DNA of 46,720 nt from a virus (IMGVR_UViG_3300020120_000066:1-46720); one strand, 5' to 3'; shown: positions 24,973 through 35,387, counted from the first letter of the stretch. The notes: generated from the sequence alone by a model not told the origin. A program made the numbers and translations.

Positions 24973-27525
24973 TTACACCGTAACCTCGAAGCTGACCTCG
25001 TGGACAAGCAAAGGACCCGGCTGGTCTTTGATGACCGCCCGGCGCGGATCGTAATCGCGTCCCAGCGGTCGGAAGAAATAGGCTTGCTCGCGAAGCGGCG
25101 GCGGCAGCGCCGGATCGTCGCCAGGGTTCCACGGCGGAATACGATGGGAGTTCGCAATCGTGCCGAGCGGCACCGAAGTCGGGGTGATCGGGCCAGAGAA
25201 CAGCCGCGCGAACACAAATCCGCTTGAGTTAGATACGTACGTTATGACGCGCGACGTTCGCCGTTTGCGCATGCGCTGTTCGACGCTCGTTCCCGGATTG
25301 GCGTCCGGCGCGAACGGCTCAAGCGTTGCCGTCCAGCCCAAACCCGCAATAAGCGACGGCGCCGATAGGTTTTCGCCGTAGCGAAATGTCGGGATGATGA
25401 AACCATTCCCGTCAACAAGATAAACGCCCTCAAACCGCGTGGTCTGGTCGACAAGGAACACGGTCGAGCCAGGGCCGGGAAATTTGTAGAGCGGCCCCTT
25501 ACCGCCAGGCGGGGTAAAGGCCGCCGGCAGATTGTTTACGAGCAGGGAGGCGTCAAGGTATTGCGTAGCGCTAAGCAGCTCGACGACGTTAACGCCGAAG
25601 TAGCTCGCGCAAAAAATAACGTCGGTTTGCCCCGACGCAACATAGGTGACGACGCCAATGCCGTTCCACGGCACCCACCCGACTGCAGGCTTGCCTTCCG
25701 GCCCCGCCTCGATTAGCCCTTGCTTCATCGCGTAGTGACCAACAACGAGCGAGCCGTTTGCAAGGCAAATGTAGATATACAATTCCTCAAATTGCAGCGA
25801 GCCGCCTGGGATTGCGATCGCGACGGCAGGTGATGCGGTGAATAGATGGCTGTGCATTTCCGACAAACTATCGACCACATAGGGACGATAATATGCACCG
25901 GGCGCTTGTATAGCGGCTACCGCTGCGCCGCCCGGCTTCATAAAAACAATCGTTTGCTCCGCTCGTCGCGGCTGTACACTAGGAAGAATGCCAAAGTCAC
26001 TAATCTTGTGGAAGGACACGCTGCCGGGCTGTAGTGGGTCCGCCGCCGTAATTGGAATGTAGTGTATCGAGTCGTTACAAAAAACGAACTCCGAGCTTTC
26101 CATGCCGGGGACAACATAAAGAACCTGAGTATTACTTGGCGCGGTTTCAAAGATTGCATTGTCGGCGAGCGCGCCGACGTAGAAGTCATTGCGGAGGCCA
26201 ATCGCCGACCAAGCAATGCCGGACGGCCGAGAGGGGAAATTGCAAAAGCCGAGCCTGAATTGGTCGGAAAACACGGAGCTCGGAAAACCCCAATAGAAAT
26301 TCATGACCTCCTGGTCCCAAATCGTCACGGCCTGCGGGACGGTCACCGCGGTTCCCGTTAATGCAAATTGCCCAGAGGGGCCGACAACCAGTTCGGTGCC
26401 CGCAAACTGTATGATCGTATTGTTGGCGGTCGGTATGACTTGGACGACGACGCCAGATGCCGCCACGGTATTCACGCTAAATACAAAGAACGCCCCGTCA
26501 GGGCCAGTGACCGTCTCGGCAGCAACAAATCCAGGGCCTGCCGTGATAACTACGGTCAGGTATCTCCGAAAGTTTGTACCATCAAAACTGTAGGTGGAGC
26601 TTACCAAAGTGGCAGTCGTGAGCGATGTTCCTCCGGTGACAACTTGACCCGGAATGTGCGCGGGCGCGACATACCCTACATTGGTCTGAAATAACAACAC
26701 TTGCGTTCTTGCGTTTGCGACGACTATTCCAGCCGCGCCCGTTACTGAGCCGACGACTTCATCGCCAATGTTGATTGCTCCCTGAAGCGACGCATAAGAC
26801 AACGTCATGCCAGGCGGCAGGGGCTCTGCGATAACTGCCTGTGCGGCAATCGGACTAAAAACGGCGGTGATTGTCATTTGCCGGCCACAATAACGCAGTC
26901 GCGTGCCAACCATGCCGGCGGCAAAAAGCGCTTCCGAAGCTGCGACGTTGACGGTCCCGGTCGTGGCGCCCGGAGTTAAGGTTATGCCCTGCGGAGCTAT
27001 GCGGTCAAAAATGGCCCGCTTCTGCCCCCCTGGCGTCGTTGCCTCACTGAACGGCTGCAGGGTCCATGTGCCCTGCGCAAAATATAGGAGTTGCGGCACA
27101 TTGTTCGGGGCGCCGTCCGCATAGGCAATGTAGACCGTGCCGTTCTCGGCCTGGGTCCAGGTAATTGCCGCAATCGTGTTCGCCGTCCACGGAATAGCGA
27201 CGGGTCCGCTGTTAGGCGTTAGCAGCATAGTGCTGGTTGTGTACTGGATTGCACCGACAAAGTTATACACCGTCAGTTGGCCGGGCGAAAAGTTCAGGAA
27301 ATAAATGCCGCCATTTAGGACAAATTCCTCGGTGCGTCCTACGGCGACAAATTGAGCCAGCCGGCCCGGCCGATTAGTAACGGCCTTGGATTTGAGGATG
27401 CGCCAGTTTGCCATCTGGCGAGCGCCGGCCCTCATGGCGGGGAGCTCGTCGCCGCGCTTTAGCGCCTCGTCAACCTCACCGCTGGAAAAGTCGCGCTGCG
27501 CTCCTACGATCTTCGGGATAGTCAT
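24973..27525 (-). CDS. tail tubular protein B / nozzle (T7 gp12-like)
   Basis: AQRDFSSGEVD N-terminus, NRPG, GFPSSVFSDQFRLGF...IAWS; 850 aa. Confidence 0.8.
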   Translation of the reverse strand: MTIPKIVGAQRDFSSGEVDEALKRGDELPAMRAGARQMANWRILKSKAVTNRPGRLAQFVAVGRTEEFVLNGGIYFLNFSPGQLTVYNFVGAIQYTTSTMLLTPNSGPVAIPWTANTIAAITWTQAENGTVYIAYADGAPNNVPQLLYFAQGTWTLQPFSEATTPGGQKRAIFDRIAPQGITLTPGATTGTVNVAASEALFAAGMVGTRLRYCGRQMTITAVFSPIAAQAVIAEPLPPGMTLSYASLQGAINIGDEVVGSVTGAAGIVVANARTQVLLFQTNVGYVAPAHIPGQVVTGGTSLTTATLVSSTYSFDGTNFRRYLTVVITAGPGFVAAETVTGPDGAFFVFSVNTVAASGVVVQVIPTANNTIIQFAGTELVVGPSGQFALTGTAVTVPQAVTIWDQEVMNFYWGFPSSVFSDQFRLGFCNFPSRPSGIAWSAIGLRNDFYVGALADNAIFETAPSNTQVLYVVPGMESSEFVFCNDSIHYIPITAADPLQPGSVSFHKISDFGILPSVQPRRAEQTIVFMKPGGAAVAAIQAPGAYYRPYVVDSLSEMHSHLFTASPAVAIAIPGGSLQFEELYIYICLANGSLVVGHYAMKQGLIEAGPEGKPAVGWVPWNGIGVVTYVASGQTDVIFCASYFGVNVVELLSATQYLDASLLVNNLPAAFTPPGGKGPLYKFPGPGSTVFLVDQTTRFEGVYLVDGNGFIIPTFRYGENLSAPSLIAGLGWTATLEPFAPDANPGTSVEQRMRKRRTSRVITYVSNSSGFVFARLFSGPITPTSVPLGTIANSHRIPPWNPGDDPALPPPLREQAYFFRPLGRDYDPRRAVIKDQPGPLLVHEVSFEVTV

Positions 27526-27537
27526 GCACTATCCCCT

Positions 27538-29775
27538 TTAGCCGGGAGTACCGCTGCCGCTGCCGGAGCCCCAATTATTGATGCCGAGGGCAGGCCAGGG
27601 ACGACGAATACGGCGCGTGGCAGTGATACGCGAATTGAAAAATTGACGCTTGGGCTTTTGTTGGTCGTAGCGCGACCTCGCGCGCTGCAGCATCTCCTCG
27701 CCAAGCTTCCAGGTTTTCTCGGCGCGGTCGTGATCTTCGTGCAGGCCGCTGAAGATGCCCGATCGCACAAACTCGATCAGAGCCAGAATAAATGTCGGCG
27801 TGCCGTTCACCGCGTTACTCAACGCGCCAGCCTTGGATATGTAGTAAAGAGTGACTTGTGCCGGCGCGCGTGGCGGGCTCGGCGGCGGCGGCCCGCCTTG
27901 GGCATTGATGACGATGGCCGGCCCGTTTGCAGTGCCGGCTATCTTGTAGAGAGTTAACCGCGGGACATTTGAAGTCGTGGGATTGTTGTCATTGATCTTG
28001 ACCCACAAGATATGCACGCAGTCGGACGGGATGAGATAGGCCGTGTCAAAATCGGTATCTTGCGGAATGGCTGCGGACGGAGTCAAAACGACCGTCTGCG
28101 TCGCATAGCCCCAATCGTGGTTCTCCATGATGTAGGCCAGCCCGCGCTCGTAGGCTGGCGATGTGACGGTATATTCGTCTGAGCCATCATTCAAAAATGA
28201 CACTGCGTTGTCGCCGGTCAAATGCAGAGCGTCGTTGATGACACCTAATTTTGTGACGGTGTCAGGAATCTGGACCGTGGTGTCAATGAAAAGGCCAAAT
28301 ATGGAGGCGACGGAGTTGCGCGGGAGGCCATTAGCGTCATAAATGCCGAACTCGGCCTGCACGGCGCCTGAGAACAAATCCTTGTAGGTGAAAAAATAAG
28401 CTTTAGGAATTTGCCAGGCATTATTGAGGATAGCCTTGCGTTTGGCGAGATCAGCCGCCCAGGCTACCTGATCGTTGTCATAGTCCGTAATGCCGTTGCT
28501 GCTATTCCATTCCGCAATGTAGGCGCCGGTCGGGAAGGCGGCCGTAACCAGGGCTAGGCCGCCGGCGAAATCCGCCGCATAAACGCCGTTGTAAAGATTC
28601 CAGCCGATAAAGTCGAGGCTGCCTAATCCGAGCCCCTGCCATTGGGAAATGGTCGTTGATTGTGCGGCGGCCCAATAGCTGACCTTTTTGGCAAACAGCC
28701 CCTTAACCGTGGTCGCCAAGGCTTGCAGATTGGCCTGCACGCCGGCGACGGTCAATGTAATGCCGTCAACGTGAAGCTCCTCCTCGTTGCCGATCGACAA
28801 TTCGTCAATCTTGTTGGCAGTAGCCCAGGGCACAAGCGTGCCTGTTACAAAGGTGGAATAGGTCGGCCAATTCGCAGCCGTCGCGACAACGCTACCGAAC
28901 GTGCTGCCGAACGCGACTGTCATCCCCTGCGTTTTTGCGAATACCGCCACCGCTTGGAGCTCGGCCATGAGCGTCGTCGCAGTGAAGCCCGTGCCCATCC
29001 GAATTTTGGTAATGCCCGCCGCTTTCATGTTATTGAAATCGGTTTGCACCACGCCGCCGATCGTCAAATCAAATGGGCCACCCTGGTGGCCGTAATTCAT
29101 GGCTGTTTCACAGGGCGCAAAATCGGTCGTAAAGGTCGCCATGCAGGCGGTAAAGAACACCGACCCGGGCCAGCTCGGCGCCCAGGTCACGCCGTTAGCA
29201 TCCGCCGAGCCAGCGAGCCGATACGAAACCTCGCCAGTGTTCCCCGCGAAGCTCGTTTGCAACTCCGTGAAAGTCGAGTCCTCGACGTAGCCTACAGCGC
29301 CGGCCCCGGTGGCCGGGCTACTAGCAGCAGCGAATGGATTGAAAACGCCGACAACAAACTCTGTCGGCGCATTGAGCTTCCCCGTTGAAAGAGAGAAGCT
29401 TGTGGTCGGATTAGGAGACTGATAGGCGGCAGTCTTGTCGAGCGATAAAATGCCATCGACTGCAATCGCCAAAACTAGCCATTGGCTCCCGAGGGAGGTC
29501 GTGGCGGTGAATGTGCTTCCAATCGGTAATGTGGCGCGTATGCAATACCAAATCTCGCAGTTGGCTATGTTGAAACTGTTGGAACCGGATTGAACAGCCC
29601 GCGTCCAGACATTGCCGACACTGTCCGTGAGAGTTAAAATCGTCCCGCCTCCGGCCCAATTCCGAAGGAAAACAATAATAGTCGTGAGCGGGGTCGCGTC
29701 CACAGCCGTGCCCGGCGACGCCGCGCCGGAGGCAATAAAGGCGTTAAAGCGGTTCAGTAGAACGGTGATCGCCAT
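27538..29775 (-). CDS. tail tubular protein A (adaptor) fused to a glycoside-hydrolase-like domain and an N-terminal beta domain
   Basis: C-terminus TKLGVINDALHLTG...HDWGYA...AYLIPSDC (gp11-like); central DFNNMKAAGITKIR, SIGNEEE, IGWNLY, YIAEWN (clan GH-A-like). Confidence 0.7.
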   Translation of the reverse strand: MAITVLLNRFNAFIASGAASPGTAVDATPLTTIIVFLRNWAGGGTILTLTDSVGNVWTRAVQSGSNSFNIANCEIWYCIRATLPIGSTFTATTSLGSQWLVLAIAVDGILSLDKTAAYQSPNPTTSFSLSTGKLNAPTEFVVGVFNPFAAASSPATGAGAVGYVEDSTFTELQTSFAGNTGEVSYRLAGSADANGVTWAPSWPGSVFFTACMATFTTDFAPCETAMNYGHQGGPFDLTIGGVVQTDFNNMKAAGITKIRMGTGFTATTLMAELQAVAVFAKTQGMTVAFGSTFGSVVATAANWPTYSTFVTGTLVPWATANKIDELSIGNEEELHVDGITLTVAGVQANLQALATTVKGLFAKKVSYWAAAQSTTISQWQGLGLGSLDFIGWNLYNGVYAADFAGGLALVTAAFPTGAYIAEWNSSNGITDYDNDQVAWAADLAKRKAILNNAWQIPKAYFFTYKDLFSGAVQAEFGIYDANGLPRNSVASIFGLFIDTTVQIPDTVTKLGVINDALHLTGDNAVSFLNDGSDEYTVTSPAYERGLAYIMENHDWGYATQTVVLTPSAAIPQDTDFDTAYLIPSDCVHILWVKINDNNPTTSNVPRLTLYKIAGTANGPAIVINAQGGPPPPSPPRAPAQVTLYYISKAGALSNAVNGTPTFILALIEFVRSGIFSGLHEDHDRAEKTWKLGEEMLQRARSRYDQQKPKRQFFNSRITATRRIRRPWPALGINNWGSGSGSGTPG

Positions 29776-29820
29776 AGGGCGACATTGCCGCCCGCCCCCC
29801 CAAGCGGCAACGCACGGTCA

Positions 29821-30171
29821 TTAGGGTGTCCTGGTAACGACCGGCTCCAAAGGCGCGACCGCAGAGGGCGTTGCCAGTTTGCTTTGTTCGGAAGCCGTGA
29901 GCCCCACCGCAGAATACGGCCCGCTTGGCATGATCGCCATGGCATAAGAGCCGGAGAACACTGCGGTCGGACCAACCATCCCGGCGCTCAGTGGCCCGGT
30001 CGAGCAGTCCCACCAGTAGATCGTATGCACCCCATCACAGCCCATAGCCTGACATTGCTGCTGCGAGCGAGCGAGGCAAAGCGCCCGGCTGGAAAGGATC
30101 AAATAATTTGCAGTCTGTGCCTGCGCCGTGGCGGCAAACAGGACAAAAACCAAGGCCAGTAGCTTTTTCAT
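29821..30171 (-). CDS. signal-peptide Cys-rich protein
   Basis: MKKLLALVFVLFAATAQAQ; four Cys. Confidence 0.65.
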   Translation of the reverse strand: MKKLLALVFVLFAATAQAQTANYLILSSRALCLARSQQQCQAMGCDGVHTIYWWDCSTGPLSAGMVGPTAVFSGSYAMAIMPSGPYSAVGLTASEQSKLATPSAVAPLEPVVTRTP

Positions 30172-31511
30172 GGCGTAACCCAGTTGGTGCCATTGCACAA
30201 CACAAACGCAAATACCGCGCCGCCGCTGGTGTAAGTAGCGAGATAAGTCGGCGCCGTGGCATCACTAACTAGGGCCGTTATGCCCTTATTCGGGGCGTTG
30301 CACGTTGGTAGGGCCGTTCCCGCCGCGCTGTAGATCGTGGCATATTGCTCGTTGAGGCCGAGGAACCACTGCACCGGCATTGACGAGAACGGCGGCGAGC
30401 CGCCACTGACAGTAACCCAGGCGGCAGGATTGGAGCTGCCCGCTCCCTGAACCTGCTGCTGCCCCATTGAGACACCGCTGCAGTTGTTGAGAGAGACTGC
30501 CGCATTGCCCCCGGCCTGTAGCTGAATGGTGTTCTCGCCAATCTGCGTGCTGGCGCAATTCGTCAGCTTGATTGCGTAACTGCCGCTCGTGTGCGTTATC
30601 AGCGAGTTGCCTGAGATTATGATGTTTTTCCAAGTAGACTTAATGTCAATGATGGCGTTGCTGCTGGCGCCGGAAACGGAGTCAATAGAATTGCCCTCAA
30701 TGACCAACTGCGACGACGTGCTGCTCGCGGTCGTGTCCACACAGATGCCCTTGCCTGAAGTGTTGGAGGTCCATGGGCTGATTTTGTTCCCGATAATGCG
30801 GCCACCGCCGCCGCTCTCCACGCGAACGACGCAAGTGCCGGTGGCGTTGGTGTAAAGCAGGTTGTGGTGAATATCCCAATCGCCGTGATCATTATTGATG
30901 ACATCAGACACAAATATGTTGTAGCGCTTCGAGTTGGCGATCATGGAATCCTTGATCCACCATGATTGCCCGGTCACTACATTCACACCGTCCTGAAAGC
31001 CGATAATCGAGGAATTTTCGACGGTAAAACCGCTGAAATTCGACGACGCGCTGTTAATGAGAACGCCGGCACCCGTTGTTCTGGATACCGCCGCATCCAA
31101 AATTTCCATGTCCTGCAGCTTGAACCATGTCGCTGTTACGTTGAACGCCGGCTGGGTCCCGCCGTCACACGCCAACACCGAGCCGGCCTGCACCTGGGGT
31201 ATGTTTGTATCCCCCATGCCTGCGCCCACAATTATCATGGGCTGCTGGATTTGGAAATTGCAATTTGTGCTGTAGTAGTAGCCGGCCGGGAAATAGAGAG
31301 TGCAGCCGCGCCCGCAGGCCGCTACGGCATCATTGATCGCTCCGGTCACGTCGGTAGTATTGCCATAGGTCACGCTGGCGGCCTGCTGCGCCGGCGTCAG
31401 GAAATCGTAAACATTGATCTGCCCCGGCCTGCTAAGCCCAGGCGATTGCGCCTGCGCCAGCATGATGAGGCCGGCGATCAGCACCCCAACTGGCGCCAAC
31501 CACTTCAGCAT
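30168..31511 (-). CDS. pectate-lyase-like right-handed beta-helix protein (tailspike/depolymerase-like)
   Basis: INVYDF...DVTGAINDAV...TLYFPAGYY followed by IxGN repeats; signal-like N-terminus. Confidence 0.8.
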   Translation of the reverse strand: MLKWLAPVGVLIAGLIMLAQAQSPGLSRPGQINVYDFLTPAQQAASVTYGNTTDVTGAINDAVAACGRGCTLYFPAGYYYSTNCNFQIQQPMIIVGAGMGDTNIPQVQAGSVLACDGGTQPAFNVTATWFKLQDMEILDAAVSRTTGAGVLINSASSNFSGFTVENSSIIGFQDGVNVVTGQSWWIKDSMIANSKRYNIFVSDVINNDHGDWDIHHNLLYTNATGTCVVRVESGGGGRIIGNKISPWTSNTSGKGICVDTTASSTSSQLVIEGNSIDSVSGASSNAIIDIKSTWKNIIISGNSLITHTSGSYAIKLTNCASTQIGENTIQLQAGGNAAVSLNNCSGVSMGQQQVQGAGSSNPAAWVTVSGGSPPFSSMPVQWFLGLNEQYATIYSAAGTALPTCNAPNKGITALVSDATAPTYLATYTSGGAVFAFVLCNGTNWVTP

Positions 31512-32476
31512 GTTGCCCCGCTGATCGTCCAATAGGCTTTTTGGTTGTGGCACATATTGGTGCGCTGACCGGCGCTAAAGGCAGCGGGCCAAATTCCGGT
31601 CTCGCCAATGCTGCCGATCATCGCCTCGGCAAACGTGTCATTGCCGAGGTTAAGGGTGTTAGCTAGGGGGTGGGTTTGCAGAGTAAAGGTCGCGCTATCC
31701 GTGCCGTTTTGGTTGGTGATCGAGGACGCACCATTCGATACATACTGATTGGCATAGAGCGTGCTTTGACTGGCCAGCCGACAGGAGGCGCTTAAGCCGC
31801 AAGAACTGTTATTATAAACCACATATTTCAGCGTGCCCCCAGAGGTCAGATAGCTTGTGCCGATATACTGCGCAGCACTATCCGAAACCAGGATCGTGCA
31901 TTGACCGGCGCAAGCGTTGGTGATCAGCGAAACATCCGAAAAGCTGACGGGCGTTGCGTTGGTGGGGCTCGATGCTTTTGCCAAGCCGACCGATCCGCCG
32001 GCAAAGGTCACACACGGCAGGCTACCGAAACAACTGAAAGTCAGTGCCGGCTGATTGGCTGCGGTCGATTGGGTAACGTCACAGGCCGCTGCCGAACAGG
32101 CGTTGGCGCCGCTTTGATCATACCACGTCACAACCGCGCAATTTGCTCCGCAAAAGGTCGCCGCCGCCTGGGCATTGTCGCCGCCGGTCGAGCAGTTTGC
32201 GGTATTGCCTAGATTGCCTCCCGTGGTCGAGAGAATGTCGCAAGTGTGGCTGTTGGTAGTCAGCCGAACGTTGACAATCTTCCCGTTGCCAGTCGCGTAG
32301 GCCAAGCTATAGGCGCGCAGGCCGTACCAGGCGACAGCGCCGGAGATCACATCGCCTGGGCCGCTATAGCTAGCCACCGCCGTCCCTTTGCCGCTGACAT
32401 CCACGCCAGTCAGCGTCACGTCGGCGTGGGCCGCGAGCGGCAACAGCAGACAAAGTGCGGTTATCAGTCTGCGCAT
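31505..32476 (-). CDS. arabinofuranosidase-B catalytic-like / ConA-lectin-fold protein
   Basis: AWYGLRAYSLAY...VRL...CAVVTWYDQSG...Q..AANQP; signal peptide. Confidence 0.7.
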   Translation of the reverse strand: MRRLITALCLLLPLAAHADVTLTGVDVSGKGTAVASYSGPGDVISGAVAWYGLRAYSLAYATGNGKIVNVRLTTNSHTCDILSTTGGNLGNTANCSTGGDNAQAAATFCGANCAVVTWYDQSGANACSAAACDVTQSTAANQPALTFSCFGSLPCVTFAGGSVGLAKASSPTNATPVSFSDVSLITNACAGQCTILVSDSAAQYIGTSYLTSGGTLKYVVYNNSSCGLSASCRLASQSTLYANQYVSNGASSITNQNGTDSATFTLQTHPLANTLNLGNDTFAEAMIGSIGETGIWPAAFSAGQRTNMCHNQKAYWTISGATC

Positions 32477-33003
32477 CAGTTGAAATCAAACGAGCAGTTG
32501 AGAGCGCTGGTGGCGGGGGCCGACGCGCCGGTTGGCGTGGTCGTGGCCGCGACCGAGATTGCGGTCGAGAACTGCTCGCCGATGGCGTTAGCGACAAAGC
32601 CGTTGGAAAGATTGGGGGCCAAGGGCAAGATCACGGCCGGGGCGGTGGTGCCAACGGATACGCTGCCGGAAGCGGTATTGTAGATTTGCAAGTAGGTCCA
32701 GGCGTTATTGTTATTGTCGCACTGCACCTTGCCGAGCCAGCCGGCCGAGGCCTTGATCGCTTGGGCGCCGTTAGTGATCGCCGTGCAGGTGAGCGCCCCA
32801 GCGCAGGTCAATGTCGTCCAACCGTTCGAGGTCTGTGGAATCAACGTCTGCGCCGGGCAGATTTTGGTGCTCTGGCAGGTAAAGGCAAAAATAGTCTGCA
32901 GGGTGCCGTTGCCGTCGCGATAGATGTAGTCAGCAAAGCCCTTGCCAACCCACGACAGCAGCATCACCGCAGCGACGAGAAAAACCACATTGCGCTTTTT
33001 CAT
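32476..33003 (-). CDS. signal-peptide hypothetical virion-associated protein
   Basis: IKASAGWLG...YLQIYNTAS...FSTAISVAAT. Confidence 0.7.
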   Translation of the reverse strand: MKKRNVVFLVAAVMLLSWVGKGFADYIYRDGNGTLQTIFAFTCQSTKICPAQTLIPQTSNGWTTLTCAGALTCTAITNGAQAIKASAGWLGKVQCDNNNNAWTYLQIYNTASGSVSVGTTAPAVILPLAPNLSNGFVANAIGEQFSTAISVAATTTPTGASAPATSALNCSFDFN

Positions 33004-33278
33004 GGCATCCCAGCCGGTTGAGCATCAGATTGCGAAGTTGTTGGCGACACGCCTATCACGACCCAAAACGGGTTTGCATACCAGATAAGAACGGTCCACA
33101 CCCCGCCGCCTCCGTTCACTACCGCGCCCCAACTGCTGACCGTCGCATCGGTGACGACGGCGAGCTGATTTGCGGACGGCGACGCCGGCAGCGTGGCAAA
33201 GGTATAGGTGGTGACCGTCGCTGTTCCAGTGCCGCCAGCGCCTCCGTTTGGCACCATCGTGTCGACATTGGGGATCAT
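33000..33278 (-). CDS. small hypothetical structural protein
   Basis: TFATLP...AVVTDAT...GGG...W module resembles the C-terminus of the beta-helix protein. Confidence 0.65.
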   Translation of the reverse strand: MIPNVDTMVPNGGAGGTGTATVTTYTFATLPASPSANQLAVVTDATVSSWGAVVNGGGGVWTVLIWYANPFWVVIGVSPTTSQSDAQPAGMP

Positions 33279-33565
33279 TTGTAAAAGCTGACGTTGAGGA
33301 TCGCGCCGGCGGCTTGCTGGATAAATTGAATTTTCGTGAGGTCAGGCGACGTGTATTGAAACTCTTGACCAGCCGCCATTGGCATGCCGATGCTTGCAGT
33401 GGGCGATGTGCCATCATCGCGCCACCGCACGCCGGAAGTCTCGGCGGCAATCAGGCACATCACCGTGTCGACTGGGATCGAGCCGAGGCCGACGGCACTC
33501 GACAGGTTCGTGATCTGGACGTAGCCGAGCGGGGTCCATTTGAAATTCGTATGGGTGGCGGCCAT
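33275..33565 (-). CDS. conserved small phage protein
   Basis: LGYVQIT...VRWRDDGTSPTASIGMP...ILNVSFY. Confidence 0.7.
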   Translation of the reverse strand: MAATHTNFKWTPLGYVQITNLSSAVGLGSIPVDTVMCLIAAETSGVRWRDDGTSPTASIGMPMAAGQEFQYTSPDLTKIQFIQQAAGAILNVSFYK

Positions 33566-33568
33566 TCA

Positions 33569-34054
33569 TTAGCCCGCCAATTTCAGCGCTGCTTTGTGCT
33601 TGGCCTCGTCGTAATTCGCCATCAGCGCCTTCGCATCCGCAAGCACCTTTTCAGCCATGTGCTCGCGCTCGGCAAGGGCGTCCAGTCGCGCTTTGTGTTC
33701 GTCATCGAGGCGACCGGCCGCCTGCGCCAACTCATATTCGCGCTTTTCAACGGCGTCCTCCCGCGCCTTCAATTCCTTATCGCGGTCGGCGTTGGCTGCG
33801 GCTTGCTGTGCTGACTCGCGCTTGGCGTGATCGGCCTGCCCGCGCTCGTAGCTGGCAGACTCCATCATGGCGTCCGCGGTCGCTTTGAGGTCCTTCGTTT
33901 CGGCATTTAGCTTGCGCACCTCGGCGATGTTGTCGTGCGACTCCCGCCATTTCCGTTCAATCTCATCGGCGCGCTTGCTCCAAGCGTCGGGGTCTTTCAC
34001 GAGTCGCGCCATTGCGCTGAGAACGTGTATCAATCCCAGGTCAATTTCCGTCAT
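33569..34054 (-). CDS. coiled-coil protein
   Basis: Start MTEID with ATGA overlap; charged heptads. Confidence 0.65.
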   Translation of the reverse strand: MTEIDLGLIHVLSAMARLVKDPDAWSKRADEIERKWRESHDNIAEVRKLNAETKDLKATADAMMESASYERGQADHAKRESAQQAAANADRDKELKAREDAVEKREYELAQAAGRLDDEHKARLDALAEREHMAEKVLADAKALMANYDEAKHKAALKLAG

Positions 34055-34833
34055 CGCACTCTCCTGCAGCGCATCGTTCCATAGGTCTTGTTCGTGCTGA
34101 CGGTGAACGTGTCGTCGCCGACAAGGAAGTAGTTGGTGGTCGACGCGATCGAGACCCGCACCGGGCCGACGATCTGCGTGGTATCGTTTGCCATGACGTT
34201 CGCGGCAGTGCCGAACTGTGCCATCGTTCCGGTGTTCAGCGCGCCATCTGCGATCGACGTATTGATCGACGTTTTGAGCAAGGTCACGGACGTGGTAGCG
34301 CCCAGCCCGCGGGTGAGTTCGCCGTAGCAGTCCCAATCGCCAGCGGTGAGAGCCAGCCCGGTCATGCCGAGCGCAACCGTAGTGGCCTCTGCGGCGCCGG
34401 CTGTGCCGGTTGTCGTCGGCGTCGACGCGGTCGCGGTGTTGATGCCCGTGCCGGCCAGCGCATTTGCGATGGTCGTTGCAACCGAAAAGGTACTAGCCGT
34501 GATGGTCGACGGCACTACGTAATAAACCGTACCCGATACGATCGCCGCCGGCAGCGAGCCACTGGTCGTAAACACCACGGGGCAGGCTGTGGTAAAGCCG
34601 TGCGTCGTCCAACTGACCACACCGGGCGATGCTTGGCTGATTGTGACCGTTGCTGTCGTGGCCGCCGAGGGGCAGGTTGACGATATGATCTCGCCGACGT
34701 TACCCGCATTAGCGCTATCGGCCGCCGACGAGCCCGGCAGTTGCGCGCCGTTGATCGGGCTTTGCACAAGCTGCGCGCTCGCCGGCCCGGCGACGACGAG
34801 AAAAGCAAGGGCTGCAGCGAATAGCCTTCTCAT
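34051..34833 (-). CDS. signal-peptide virion/fibre-like protein
   Basis: ANAGNVGEIISS...LTAGDWD...RVR interrupted by a TISQASPGVVSWTTHG...GTVYYV module. Confidence 0.7.
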   Translation of the reverse strand: MRRLFAAALAFLVVAGPASAQLVQSPINGAQLPGSSAADSANAGNVGEIISSTCPSAATTATVTISQASPGVVSWTTHGFTTACPVVFTTSGSLPAAIVSGTVYYVVPSTITASTFSVATTIANALAGTGINTATASTPTTTGTAGAAEATTVALGMTGLALTAGDWDCYGELTRGLGATTSVTLLKTSINTSIADGALNTGTMAQFGTAANVMANDTTQIVGPVRVSIASTTNYFLVGDDTFTVSTNKTYGTMRCRRVR

Positions 34834-35387
34834 TGAAAATCCGCCGAGATAAAGGCCGTGTCGACGCCGGTCGTGTAGGTGAACGGCGTCGCCGCCGAGG
34901 TCACGAGGATCACAATGCCGGCTGAGTATGTGGCGCTATTCGGTATGCGCGAGAGCGAGCAGCCCGCAGGCCCGGCGGCGAAGAAGCAGATATCAAGCAC
35001 ATTCGCGCCGGTTAGTGCGCCGGTGCCCGGAACCGCAGAGGAGTTATAGGCCACACAGTAGCCGGCGGCGCCGCCGGTGATGGCTGCGCAATAGAAGCCG
35101 AACAACTGGCCGGCGGACGGTTTAGCAAGCAGAGAGGTTCCCAGCGCCGTAACGGAGGAGTGGGACTGTGCGCCGCCGGTTGGGTTGGTGACGGTGACGC
35201 GGCGCGTGATTGCGCCCGGCGTATCACAAGGAAGAAATTGGTTGGTAACGCCGGCGGCACCCTGCACCGGGCACATATCAACAACCGCCGCCGCTGTTTG
35301 TCCGGTCGGCGTCGGGTAGGCGGCCTGCGCAAGCGCCGCTTCCGGCGCCGCCAGCGCGAGAAGCAGCGCAAGAAAGCGGCTGAGCAT
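34830..35387 (-). CDS. signal-peptide hypothetical protein (paralog-like to 32476-33003)
   Basis: MLSRFLALLLALAAPEAALAQ; LLAKPSAGQLFGFY...YSAGIVI. Confidence 0.7.
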   Translation of the reverse strand: MLSRFLALLLALAAPEAALAQAAYPTPTGQTAAAVVDMCPVQGAAGVTNQFLPCDTPGAITRRVTVTNPTGGAQSHSSVTALGTSLLAKPSAGQLFGFYCAAITGGAAGYCVAYNSSAVPGTGALTGANVLDICFFAAGPAGCSLSRIPNSATYSAGIVILVTSAATPFTYTTGVDTAFISADFQ

